From Octopus vulgaris (taxonomy: Eukaryota), in assembly GCA_951406725.2 (NCBI GenBank), contig OX597820.1:23436001-23500000 (forward strand): a stretch of DNA of 64,000 nt, read 5' to 3'. A program made the translations under genes and the position numbers. This document shows positions 1 to 14,030 of the stretch, one piece after another (position 1 is the stretch's first letter; each line of letters opens with the position of its first letter). A model generated the notes under the pieces. It saw only the letters and a program-made list of their open reading frames with translations. It had not been told where the DNA came from and searched no databases.

Positions 1-711
1 ATAAATACGCACATACACACTGTGTGTGACTAAAAGTTGGTATTTTAGCAGGGTGAAGTTTTCCTTTTTATCATGGTCAGAACCACAATGTTTAATGTGA
101 GAAAAAGGAGCGCATTGAACAACATACAAAGACTGTTTGAGTTACGAACCACACGCAATGTTTTATACAGGAGAAGGTGGGGGCTATATTAAATGGACTG
201 TGTAAAGTCAGTCTGCGTTAGGATCCAAAAGCATATCTTAAAGACCAATGATTTTATTCATATTTCAATAACAAACATAACACAAAAATAGTACTTAAGA
301 TTTACTTTTCATAAAAAAATTTTTTTTTACATATATGACGAAAGAAAAACAAAGCAAAACGTGAAAATGACACTGCAGATTTGATACCGCTAAAATGTTA
401 GCTTCCTGCAAACCCTAGACACACGCACACCACCACCACCGCCGCCAACACACAGGAAGGCGAGTTTCATTGATACATACAAGAAATTTACAATATAAAA
501 GTAAGAAACATACAGTAATTATTTCTCTCTCCTCCTCCTCTCAATGTCTGTGAATAAGTTTAAGAGAAGAAACATACAAACAAATTATGCACGCTTACAC
601 ACGCATTATAGTTTTCTTATTAAAAAAAAAAAAAGCCGATCGCTGAAGCAAATTTTTTATTCAGTCATATAACATATTGTCTGTGAGAAAAGACAGAAAA
701 TATTTAACCAT

Positions 712-713
<2 letters not shown>

Positions 714-801
<88 letters not shown>
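714..801. repeat. (TA)n-(GA)n compound microsatellite
   Basis: Direct reading of the sequence. Confidence 0.95.
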
Positions 802-810
<9 letters not shown>

Positions 811-1136
811 AGGGAGAGAGGTGGACAGTCCTTAACACTTGCGAACGTAGGTTAAGTACATGGAAATCTTAAAAAAATCTTTTAATAATAGAATTTAGTG
901 AATTATATACACAATGTATTGCACGTTTTGTGCAAATGTATATTGATGCGCGCAAACTTGTATTCAAAATGTATACGCCAGGATAAAAAGTACCCAGTTT
1001 ACTCTGAAAAGTTAGCTGGCATTAGGAAGAACATCCGGCTCAGAAACCATGAGAAAGCAGACTTTGGAGCTTGTCACAATCCTCTGCTTCATCAGATCCT
1101 GTTGAACCAGCCAACCCAAGACAAGATGTTAAATTA

Positions 1137-1170
<34 letters not shown>

Positions 1171-1172
<2 letters not shown>

Positions 1173-1398
1173 GGAGTAAACACATAAATGTGAAACAAGG
1201 TGGAAAAAAGAGTACTCAAATACCAGTGGTAGAGTAATATGCTTTATTTTAAGCAGCAGAAAATTCAACAAAATCTGTTACTCTGAGTTTCTCGTTGCCG
1301 TTCATCAGACAGTTTTTGCTAGCAAAAACTGTCTGATGAACGGCAACGAGAAACTCAGAGTAACAGATTTTGTTGAATTTTCTGCTGCTTAAAATAAA

Positions 1399-1399
<1 letters not shown>
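1171..1399. mobile_element. Fold-back element (158-bp perfect palindrome 1242-1399 plus ~70-bp unique tail) between two (TA)n tracts; Penelope-like pseudo-LTR/retrozyme remnant
   Basis: Arms are exact reverse complements around GCT|AGC at 1320/1321; (TA)n on both sides; contains a hammerhead-like motif. Confidence 0.7.
1323..1372 (+). ncRNA. Minimal type I hammerhead ribozyme-like motif (mirror copy on minus strand ~1269-1318)
   Basis: caaaa-a-ctgt CTGATGA a-cg-gcaa-cg-a GAAAC tcaga GTA acag-a-ttttg. Stem I ctgt/acag extends to caaaa/ttttg; stem II has a GNRA loop but a non-canonical A-A closing pair; stem III is actc-a-gagt. Confidence 0.6.
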
Positions 1400-1442
<43 letters not shown>

Positions 1443-1515
1443 AACACACACACATATATATATACACACATACACACACACACACACACATAAAAAGAGA
1501 GAGAAAAATACATAC

Positions 1516-4500
1516 ATCATCATCATTTAATGTCCATTTTCCATGCTGGCATGGGTTAGATGGTTTGACTGGGGCTGGTAAGCTAGAGAACTGTACCAGG
1601 TTCCAGCCTGTTATGGCTTAGTTTCTATGGCTGGATCCCCTTCCTAATGCCAACCACTCTACAGAGTGTACTGGGTGTCATGTGTCACCGGCTTGAGTGC
1701 CTTTCACATGTCACTAGTACTGGCCACGACCATGAATTCACTTAGCTTGATGTGTCTTCTCAAGCACAGCAAATCGCCAGAAGTCTTGGTCATTTGTCAT
1801 TGCTTCCATGAGTCTCAACATCTGAAAATTACACTTCTCCACCTTATCTGGCATCTTCCTGGGTCTACCTCTCACAAGTTCCCTCCGCAATGAGAGATTA
1901 ACACTTCATTAAACACACACACACACACACACATATATAGATACTTAAATACACACATGCACACAATGCTTCCAGAGTCAAGTCTGTGATTGGCAGGTCT
2001 TCTCAATAACCTATTTATCAACAGATATCCCAGTCTTTTGTCACCTTCTCCATGAGGGTGAGGGTTCTAAGGTCAGCCTTCATTACTTCATCTCATGTCT
2101 TCTTGTGTTTCCCTCTTCCACAAGTAATTCACACTTTTTTATACAGCTGTCCTCATCCATATACATCACATGTCCACTTGCACCTAATTGCCCCTACATC
2201 TAATTCCTCTTATGCCCAGCTTTTCTCACAGTACATTCATATAATGTCAATTATGCACACTTACAGTACACATCCAATAGAGCATGCTTGTTACCTCCGC
2301 TTTAGTAAAGGTGGAGGTATTGTTTCAGTCATGTTTGTTTGCTTGTCTGTGGACAAGATATCTCAAAAACCACAGGATGTATTTGGATGAAACTAGCACA
2401 GACTAGCACAGACTGATTAGATTTGGGGGTTGATCCGGTACAGGGCAAGGATTCTGAATTATTTTTCCTGTTTTTAGAGTGTGGTTCGGTTCATTTTTAG
2501 TATTCTCATTTGTGAGAGCATCAAGTTTATTTCAGATATTCTCATTTTAAAAATCATCTTTGGCTAATCATTGAGAGGACGTTGGTGTTGCCTTGGGGGA
2601 GGTTTGCACTCTGAGTGCTCGTTTAATTTTTTTTTTCAATCTTCAAATAAATCCCCAGCATTCAAGGCCCATATCTAGACACCGAACAGCATTGAAGTTC
2701 TAACACTAGCATCATATAATCTGCTCTTCACTTTGTTGGAAAAGACCTTTATTGCCAATAGTAGTAGTAGTGCCCTAAACTTTCTCCAACCCATTCTTAC
2801 CTCCCTTGCTAATAATATCTAGGTAACAAAAGCTATTTAACTACTTCTAGTGAGCCATCTAGACAATCAAGAGAGTCCATTTCCAGTGTGTTCATAATAC
2901 ATACTACTCTAGTACATTTATCACATATGAAGCTTATGTTATCTGCTAGTATGCCTACAATATAGTGTATGAAGTTTATTCCTACTCCTTTTCTGTATAT
3001 CAAGCAGAGCCATTTCTGTGAGGTACCTTCTTACTAAAACCTTTGTCTTCACTTAGTTTACCTTAAGACCTCTTGATTCTGGGTTTAGCCTCAATGCCCC
3101 AAATATCCACTAATTCTTGTATAGGTTCAGCTATGACAACTAGATCGTCAGCATACAAGAATTTCCATGGAGAGCTTATGATGAACAGGAGGGGGAATGA
3201 GGTCAGAGCCTTGTTGGACTCCAACTCTCATACTAAATTTCTCACTGAACTTCTCATTGACTCTCACTTTACTTACTGTGTAGGTTTACTTATCACATGG
3301 GTTATACAGCTCTCACAAGTCATTCGTCTATGTCTAGTTTCCTTCGTAACCACCAGATAACTGTACATAGTGCCATACCAAACACCTTAAAGTCAATCAA
3401 AGCCAGAGACAATAGTATTCTTTTAGCCAAGTAATTCTCCCACTAGGAACATTGAAGCCATGGTACCTATACTAGGTAGTAAACCAAACAGCATCTCATC
3501 TAGGTCTACTCTGTCACAAATCAATTATGCTATGACTCATGAAGGAATTAGCATCCTGTCTGATCCAGTAATTTAATTCCTCTAACTGCTTCTCTCCATG
3601 GCATCTCATCTAGGTCTTGTAACAGTTTACAATGATACTATTATTACACCAGTCAGTGAGTATGACTTTTTGTATAACTTGATAAACAATCCAAGTGGTA
3701 ATCATGTACCCTATCTATCTCACCAGATATTTCGAGTATCTACACAGTTAATCCTGATGAACTAATAGGGTCCTTCTATAAAATCAGCATGACTTAACCC
3801 CTACTTTATTTTATGAGTTCTCCCATGTTCAACACCCTCTCCATAACAGCACTTCCATGCCACTTTTTTGTCTTCCATATTAATGGCAAGTACACTATGA
3901 ATACACTTCTCACTACTGGCATCTTGGCTGTCTCTCCTGTCCTGTTTCGCAATCCTGAATACCTCACAAATCTAATCATCACGTTGCAAGAGAAGCACAA
4001 ATCCCCACTTCTCTCCCTCACCCTTAGCCAAACACACTCATCATCTAGCTCCTGTTTTAATCATTTGGTAATACTCCCGACTACTACCTTCCATATCATT
4101 CTGTCATCACACTACTTTCAGATTGGATGAGAATTTTCCTCTAGCAGCATCATCTCTTCTGCAGCCTTGAGGAAGTTATTTCACACAAATTCACAGTTCT
4201 CCCTACAATCATGTGCATCAGAGTTTCCCAAAACTTGTTCTCAATTGTGGGATATTTTAGTTTTCATATCTTCTCTCTATGTGTCATAATTCATTTCTGT
4301 GTCTTTGTAGCTCTGACTTTGAAGTCACTAGGCACTAATCTATATAATACAGGGCATTCTTCACTGGGAAAGGTTTTGGTACTTACAATACATGTGTCAC
4401 TTTTTCTAGTAAGAAAGTCATCTAACTGATGAGTGTATATGCCAGATTGGTAGATGGTGACTTGGTTAGCAGGCTTCCCAAAGAATGTGTTGCGAATTGT

Positions 4501-4570
4501 TAGATCAACTGTCTCATGATCTACTCTAGGAGCCTTACATCCTCCTCCTTTCTTGCATTATTATAATAGC
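1516..4570 (-). mobile_element. Old, heavily degenerate RTE-clade LINE
   Basis: (CAT)n tail at ~1516 and 3' UTR similar to the copy at 6908; decayed ORF2-like segments (e.g. ...KKWH...MERVLN) with many stops and frameshifts. Confidence 0.65.
2290..2624. mobile_element. HINE/DINE-like non-autonomous Helentron-associated element inserted in the RTE
   Basis: 5' ttacctccgc...ggtggaggta hairpin, GTTT/GTCT-like tract, 3' ccttgggggagg and gcactctgagtgc hairpin; matches the general DINE-1/HINE layout. Confidence 0.45.
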
Positions 4571-4658
4571 TACCATGTATGTAATGGTACATATACATAT
4601 ATACATATCTATACATATATATATGCGCATACATGTATATACACACACATATATATAT

Positions 4659-4808
4659 GTGGTTGGCGTTAGGAAGGGCATCCAGCTGTAGAAACATTGC
4701 CAGATAAGACTGGAGCCTGGTGCAGCCTTCTGGCTTCCCAGATCCCCGGTCGAACCGTCCAACCCATGCTAGCATGGAGAACGGACGTTAAAAGATGATG
4801 ATGATGAT
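4659..4808 (+). mobile_element. RTE LINE 3' end fragment with (GAT)n tail
   Basis: ggttggcgttaggaagggcatccagctgtagaaac...aacccatgctagcatgga...gatgatgat; nearly identical to 20878-21025. Confidence 0.75.
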
Positions 4809-4809
4809 G

Positions 4810-4965
4810 TATATACGCACATACATATATATTTACATATACACACATACATATATATATATTTACATATAGACACATACATATATATATATTTACATAT
4901 AGACACATACATATATATTTACATATAGACACATACATATATATATATACACATACACACATACA

Positions 4966-5003
<38 letters not shown>

Positions 5004-6907
5004 CACACACGTACATATATATATACATACATATATATACACATACATATATATACACACATACATATATATACACACATACATATATATACACACATAC
5101 ATAGACATACATACATATATACATACATGCATATATAAATATATATACATGCATATATAAATACAGGCATATATAAATATATATACATGCATATATAAAT
5201 ATATATACATGCATATATAAATACAGGCATATATAAATATATATACATGCATATATAAATACAGGCATATATAAATATATATACATGCATATATAAATAC
5301 AGGCATATATAAATATATATACATGCATATACACATATATATACACGCATATATATATATATACATATACATATATACACCCATATATATATATACACAT
5401 ATACATATATACATCTATATATATGCATATATACATATATATATCTATATATGCATATATACATATATATATCTATATATGCATATATACATATACACAT
5501 ATATATATCTATATATGCATATACACATATATATATCTATATATGCATATATACATATACACATATATATATCTATATATGCATATATACATATACACAT
5601 ATATATATCTATATATGAATATATACATATACACATATATATATCTATATATGCATATATACATATACACATATATATATCTATATATGCATATATACAT
5701 ATACACATATATATATCTATATATGCATATATACATATACACATATATATATCTATATATGCATATATACATATACACATATATATATCTATATATGCAT
5801 ATATACATATACACATATATATATCTATATATGCATATATACATATACACATATATATATCTATATATGCATATATACATATACACATATATATATCTAT
5901 ATATGCATATATACATATACACATATATATATCTATATATGCATATATACATATACACATATATATATCTATATATGCATATATACATATACATATATAC
6001 ATATATATATCTATATATGCATATATACATATATATATACATATATATATCTATATATGCATATATACATATATATATATCTATATATGCATATATATAT
6101 CTATATATGCATATATACATATACATATATACATATATATATATCTATATATGCATATATACATATATATATCTATATATGCATATATACATATATATAT
6201 CTATATATGCATATATACATATATATATCTATATATGCATATATACATATATATATCTATATATGCATATATACATATATATATCTATATATGCATATAT
6301 ACATATATATATCTATATATGCATATATACATATATATATCTATATATGCATATATACATATATATATCTATATATGCATATATACATATATATATCTAT
6401 ATATGCATATATACATATATATATCTATATATGCATATATATATATACATATATATATATGCATATATATATACGCATATATATATACATATATATATAT
6501 ATATGCATATATATATACGCATATATATATACATATATATATATATCTATATATGCATATATATATATACATATATACATGCATATATATATATACATAT
6601 ATACGCATATATATATATACATATATACATGCATATATATATATACATATATACGCATATATATATATACATATATACGCATATATATATATACATATAT
6701 ACGCATATATATATATACATATATACATGCATATATATATATACATATATACGCATATATATATATACATATATACGCATATATATATATACATATATAC
6801 ATATATATACATATACATATATATATCTATATATGCATATATATATACATATATACATATATATACATATGCATATACATATATATATCTATATATGCAT
6901 ATATATA
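4810..6907. repeat. Complex (TA/CA/GCA)-based microsatellite with 36-bp higher-order unit
   Basis: Unit gcatatatacatatacacatatatatatctatatat repeated ~5490-5990; the overlapping I/Y/H ORFs are artefacts. Confidence 0.95.
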
Positions 6908-8965
6908 CATCATCATCATCATCGTTTAACGTCCGCTTTCCATGCTAGCATGGGTTGGACAATTCAACTGGGGTCTGGGAAGCCCGAAGGCTGCACCAGG
7001 CCAGTCAGATCTGGCAGTGTTTCTACAGCTGGATGCCCTTCCTAACGCCAACCACTCCGTGAGTGTAGTAGGTGCTTTTTATGTGTCACCGACACAGGTG
7101 CCAGATGAGGCTGGCGAATGGCCACGCTCGGATGGTGCTTTTTTCATGCCACCGGCACGGAGGCCAGGCGAGGCTGGCAATGGCCACGATCGGATGGTGT
7201 TTGTTATGTGCCACCAGTCAATGCGGTGCTGGCTACGGCCATGTTCGGATGGTTCTCTTATGTGCTACCGGCACTGGTACCACAACTACAAATTCCAGTG
7301 ATGTTGATCGATTTCGATTTGATTTTCACTTGCCTCAACAGGTCTTCACAAGTAGAGTTATGTGTCCCAAGAAGGAAGGTATGCACAGGTGGACTGACTA
7401 CGTCCCAGGTAGGGGCCACGGGTTATGGCCTCACTTGTCTTGCCGGGTCTTCTCACGCACAGCATACTTCCAAAGGTTTCGGTCTCTGGTCATTTCCTCG
7501 GTGAGACCTAAAGAGTGAAGGTCGTGCTTCACTACCTCGTCCCAGGTTTTCCTGGGTCTACCTCTTCCACAGGTTCCCCTCAACCGCTAGGGTGTGGCAC
7601 TTTTTCGCACAGCTATCTTCATCCATTCTTACGTGTCCATACCAGCATAGACGTCTCTCTTGCACACCACATCTGATGCTTCTTAGGTCCAACTTTTCTC
7701 TCAAGGCACTTACACTCTGTCGAGTAAGTACACTGACATTACACATCCATCGGAGCATACTGGCTTCATTTCTTGCAAGCTTACGCATATCCTCAGCAGT
7801 CACGGCCCATGTTTCACTGCCATGTAGCATGGCTGTTCATACACATGCGTCATACAGTTTGCCTTTTACTCTGAGCGAGAGGCCTTTTGTCACCAGCAGA
7901 GGTAAGAGCTCTCTGAACTTTGCCCAGGCTTTTCTTACTCTAGCAGATACACTTTTGGCACACCCGCCCCCGCTACTTGATCACCTAGGTAACGGAAACT
8001 ATCAACTATTTCTAGTTTTTCTCCCTGGAATGTGGCGGAAGATTGTCTCTGCGCATTTTCAGCGTTTATTGCACCAGAGCATCTGCCACATACAAAACAT
8101 ATATTCCTAGTTAGCCTTCCTTTGACATTGCTGCACCTCTTATGTGTCCATAGCTTACACTTGGTGCATCTTATAGAGTTCCTACCTACGCCTTTTCTAC
8201 AGATCGAGCAGGGCCATCAACCTGAAGGCGTTTGTGATTTGTCTACCTTTCTACTTATTAGGACTTTAGTTTTAGCTAGGTTGACTCTAAGGCCCTTCGA
8301 TTCTAATCCTTGCTTCCACGTCTGAAACTTCTCCAGTTCTGATAGTGACTCAGCAATTAGAGCAAGGTCATCTGTTATTGCCTGGAGGACTATGATAAAT
8401 AGTAGGGGGCTGAGGACTGAGCCTTGGTGGACCCCGACCTCTACCCGGAATTCTTCACTGTACTCGTTGCCAACCCTCACCTTACTACCAGCGTCCCTGT
8501 ACATGGCACGCACAGCTCTCACTAACCATTCATGTATCCCTGGTTTCCTCATTGACCACCAGATAAGGGATCGGGGACCCTATCAAAGGCTTTCTCCAAG
8601 TCAACAAAAGCCAGGAACAGAGTTTTATCTTTCACTAGGTATTTCTCCTGCAGCTGTCTCACCAGAAATATGGCATCGGTGGTGCATTTCCCTGGCACGA
8701 AACCAAACTGCATCTCGTCCAGGTGGACTTTCTCCCTAATCAGTTGGGCTATGACCCTTTCCGTAACCTTCATTACCTGATCCAACAGCTTGATACCTCT
8801 GTAATTACTTGTATCTAGGGCGTCACCTTTACCTTTGTAGCAGTTGACTTTTATGCTATTACACCAGTCATTGGGTATGACTCCTTCGTGTATCACCTAG
8901 TTAACTATATGGGTGACTAGGTTATAGCCGACACTGCCAGATATTTTGAGCATCTCAGCAGTAAT
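6908..8965 (-). mobile_element. 5'-truncated RTE-clade LINE (reverse transcriptase pseudogene plus 3' UTR)
   Basis: NYRGIKLL, QFGFVPG, FVDLEKAFDRVP, GVHQGSVLSPLLF, LHGSETW, WYGHV motifs across frameshifted ORFs; internal deletion before the catalytic DD; (CAT)n tail at 6908. Confidence 0.9.
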
Positions 8966-10926
8966 ATATATACATATATATCAGCATATATATATATATC
9001 TGCATATATACATATATATACATATACATATGCATATATATACATATACATATATATACATACATATACATACATATACATATACATACATATACATATA
9101 CATACATATACATATACATATATATATACATATATATATACATATACATACATATACATATATATATACATATACATACATATACATATACATATACATA
9201 CATATACATATATATATACATATACATATATATACATATATATATACATATACATACATATACATATATATATACATATACATATATATACATATATATA
9301 TACATATACATACATATATATATACATATACATACATATACATATATATATACATATATATACATATATATACATATATATACACATATATATACACATA
9401 TATATACATATATATACACATATATATACACATATATATACATATATATACATATATATACATACATATACATACATATACATATACATATATATACATA
9501 TATATATACATATATATATACATATATATATACATATATATATACATATATATATACATATATATATACATATATATATACATATATATATACATATATA
9601 TATACATATATATACATATATATACATATATATATACATATATATACATATATATACATATACATACATATATATACATATATATACATATACATACATA
9701 TATATACATATACATACATATATATACATATACATACATATATATACATATACATACATATATATACATATACATACATATATATACATATACATACATA
9801 TATATACATATACATACATATATATACATATACATATATATACACATATATATATATATATATACATATATATACATATATATACATATATATACATATA
9901 TATACATATATATACATATATATACATATACATACATATACATACATATATATACATATATATACATATACATACATATACATACATATACATATATATA
10001 CATATACATACATATACATATATACACATATATACATATGCATATACATATACATACATATGCATATACATACATATGCATATACATACATATGCATATA
10101 CATACATATGCATATACATACATATGCATATACATACATATGCATATACATACATATGCATATACATATATATATACATACATATACATACATATGCATA
10201 TACATATACATATACATGCATATATATATATGCATATATATACATATGCATATATATACGCATATATATATATATATGCATATATATACGCATATATATA
10301 TGCATATATATATACGCATATATATATACGCATATATATATATATGCATAGATATATATATGCATATATATAAATATGCATATATATACATATATGTATA
10401 TAAATATATATACATATATGTATATGCATATATATACATATATGTATATGCATATATATACATATATGTACATGCATATATATACATATATATACATGCA
10501 TATATATACAGAGATATACATATATGTATATGCATATATATACAGAGATATACATATATGTATATGCATATATATACAGATATATATATATATGCATATG
10601 CATATATATATGTATATATGCATATATATATGCATATATGCATATATATATGCATATATATATATGCATATACATATATGCATATATATGTATATATGCA
10701 TATATGCATATATATATATGCATATACATACATATATGTATATGCATATATATACAGATATATATGCATATATGCATATATACATATATATATGCATATA
10801 TGCATATATATATGTATATATGTATACATGCATATATATATATGCATATACATATGCATATATATACATATGTATATATATGCATATATATATACATATG
10901 CATATATATATGCACACATATATATA
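8966..10926. repeat. (TA)/(TACA)/(TATGCA) complex microsatellite
   Basis: Direct reading of the sequence. Confidence 0.95.
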
Positions 10927-11088
10927 ATAGAAATATTAAAATTACTAAGTCTCTCTAAAAGAGATTACGGCAGCGTTACTGGAAATTAATTGTTATCGCC
11001 ATATTAATATGGCAGTCTTATAGATATAAGACAGCTTTAGTCTTATATCTATAAGACTGCCATATTAATATGGCAATAACAATTAATT
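10927..11088. repeat. Nested palindrome (10984-11088) plus ~55-bp unique tail embedded in microsatellite
   Basis: 49-bp arms (1 mismatch) around loop agcttta; each arm contains the internal palindromes gccatattaatatggc and gtcttata-ga-tataagac. Confidence 0.85.
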
Positions 11089-12196
11089 CACATATATATA
11101 CATATATATATACATATATACACATATGCATATATATATATATATGCATATATATATGTATATATATATATATGTGCATATATATATATATGCATATATA
11201 TATGTGCATATATATATATATGCATATATATATATATATATATATGTGCATATATATATATATATGCATATATATATGTATATATATATATGTGCATATA
11301 TATATATATATGCATATATATATGTATATATATATATATGTGCATATATATATATGCATATATATATATATGTGCATATATATATCATATATATATATAT
11401 GTGCATATATATATATGCATATATATATATATGTGCATATATATATATATGCATATATATATATATGTGCATATATATATATGCATATATATATGTATAT
11501 ATATATATGTGCATATATATATATATATGCATATATATATGTATATATATATGCATATATATATGTATATATATATGCATATATATATATGTATATATAT
11601 GCATATATATATGTATGTATATATGTGCATATATATATGTATGTATATATGTGCATATATATATGTATGTATATATGTATGTATATATATATATGCATAT
11701 ATATATGTATGTATATATATATATGCATATATATATGTATATATATATATATGCATATATATATGTATGTATATATATATATATGCATATATATATGTAT
11801 GTATATATATATGTATGTATATATATATGCATATATATATGTATGTATATATATATGCATATATATATGTATGTATATATATATGCATATATATATGTAT
11901 GTATATATATATGCATATATATATGTATGTATATATATATGCATATATATATGTATGTATATATATATGCATATATATATGTATGTATATATATATATAT
12001 ATGCATATATATATGTATATATATATATACATATAGATGCATACATATATATATATATACATATAGATGCATACATATATATATATATACATATAGATGC
12101 ATACATATATATATATATACATATAGATGCATACATATATATATATATACATATAGATGCATACATATATATATACATATAGATGCATACATCTAT
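11089..12196. repeat. (TA)/(TATG)/(TGCA) complex microsatellite ending in a 30-bp unit
   Basis: atatagatgcatacatatatatatatatac repeated about 5 times at 12031-12190. Confidence 0.95.
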
Positions 12197-13756
12197 AGAG
12201 CTTCCTTGCAGCTGGCAAACTTCCAGGAAAACTGAAGGAAGGTAAAATATGCCCCATTCATAAAGGAGGTAGCAGAGCGGAAGCCAAGAACTATAGACCT
12301 ATCTCTCTGACCTCACACATCAGCAAGGTCATGGAACGAATAGTCAGAAGGAAGCTGATCACCTTCCTTGAAGAGAATGACTTGCTGCCCGACACCCAAC
12401 ATGGTTTCCGACCAGGGAGAAGCTGTTTAACTCAGCTCCTACAACACTATGACTGGGTGCTGAAACGGCTGCTCAACCACTCAAATGTGGGAGTGATATA
12501 TCTCGACTTTGCAAAGGCCTTTGATAAAGTCGATCATGGAATGATATGTCACAAACTGCGTGATCTCAACATAGTTGGAAAACTGGGAGAATGGCTTCAT
12601 GACTTTCTGAAGGATAGAAGTCAGGTGGTAGTAGCCAATGGGGCCACCTCCATTAACACACAAATAGTGAGCGGTGTTCCGCAGGGCACTGTTCTGGGAC
12701 CACTACTGTTCATAATGGCCCTCTCAGACATGCCCTCAGCCACGCAGAGAGCCACGATCACAAGTTATGCAGATGATACAAAAGTCTCACAGGCAATACA
12801 GAACCCTGAGGACACTAAACACCTGCAATGTGAGCTGGACGAAATATACAAGTGGGCTGAAAAGAATAGCATGCAGTTCAATGCTGGAAAGTTTCAAGCT
12901 TTATACTATCAGCATGCAAAACTGAATGCAATACCCAAGGAATACACTGGACCCGGAGGGATTGCAATCCCAGAGGCACAATCAGTGCGTGACCTTGGTA
13001 TTCACATGAGTGATGACGCGACCTTTCATGTACATGTTGCTAAACTGACAATGAAATGTAGACGACTGGCTGGATGGATTCTTAGAACCTTTAGAACAAG
13101 AGAACAAGAAACCATGATGGTCCTCTGGAAGACACTTGTCCTAAGCCACTTTGACTATTGCTCTCAGCTATGGTCACCATCCAGTGTCAAGTTGATCACA
13201 GAACTTGAGGCGATCCAACGAAGCTACACAAAGAAGATAGCCTCTATGCAGAATGTAAGCTACTGGGAAAGACTCAAGAGATTAAAATTATATTCCCTGG
13301 AGCGTAGGCGGGAAAGATATGCCATAATATACATCTGGAAGATCCTGGAGGGAAGTGTCCTGAACTTTGGCATCGAGAGTTACGCAAATGCCAGAACTGG
13401 GTGCCTAGGACTCCAAACCTGCCATCAAGATGTAGGACAAGATTCTGTGATAGCCTGGGCTTCCGAGGCCCACAGCTCTTCAATATCCTCCCGAAGAACC
13501 TGAGAGACCTGCATGGGGTGGATACAGATGTCTTTAAAATGAAGCTGGATCTCTTCCTGTCAGGTGTCCCAGATGAACCAACTTCACGGCAGGAGGGGCA
13601 GATGAGGGCAGCTGCATCGAACTCTCTCATGCACCAAATAGCAGTTGCTAGAAAGCCTCCATGAAGTGAAACCAAGTAGCAACACCAAATGGCGGTGCCC
13701 CAGCATGGCCACAGCTCATAAGCTGAAACTAGAATCAATCAATCAATCAATCAATC
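12197..13756 (+). mobile_element. 5'-truncated CR1-type LINE (RT domain to 3' end) with (TCAA)n tail
   Basis: ORF 12331-13503 has [62 protein letters not shown]; frameshift near 13400; aatcaatcaatc tail ~13733-13756. Confidence 0.92.
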
Positions 13757-14030
13757 ATACATATATATATATACATACATACATATATATATATATATAC
13801 ATATATATATATGTATTTCTCTATTACCCCCCTACTATTGCACTATTGGATTAATATAACTTAATATAATTAGATAGATAGATAGACAAAATATCTCTCC
13901 TCTTCCTCTTCTCTCTTCTCTTGGCTCCCAATCTCTCCTTAAGTACATAGACGCTCTCTTTCTCTATTACCCCCCTACTATTGGATTAATATAACTTAAC
14001 ATAATTAGATAGATAGATAATATATCAAGA

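Noticed and set aside
1040-1100. Minus-strand CTGATGA followed by an agcaga/tctgct stem
   Set aside because: No GAAA or GUH follows; the context resembles an RTE 3' UTR.
5490-5990. Regular 36-bp periodicity resembling a CRISPR array
   Set aside because: Contiguous units without unique spacers, eukaryotic context and no cas genes.
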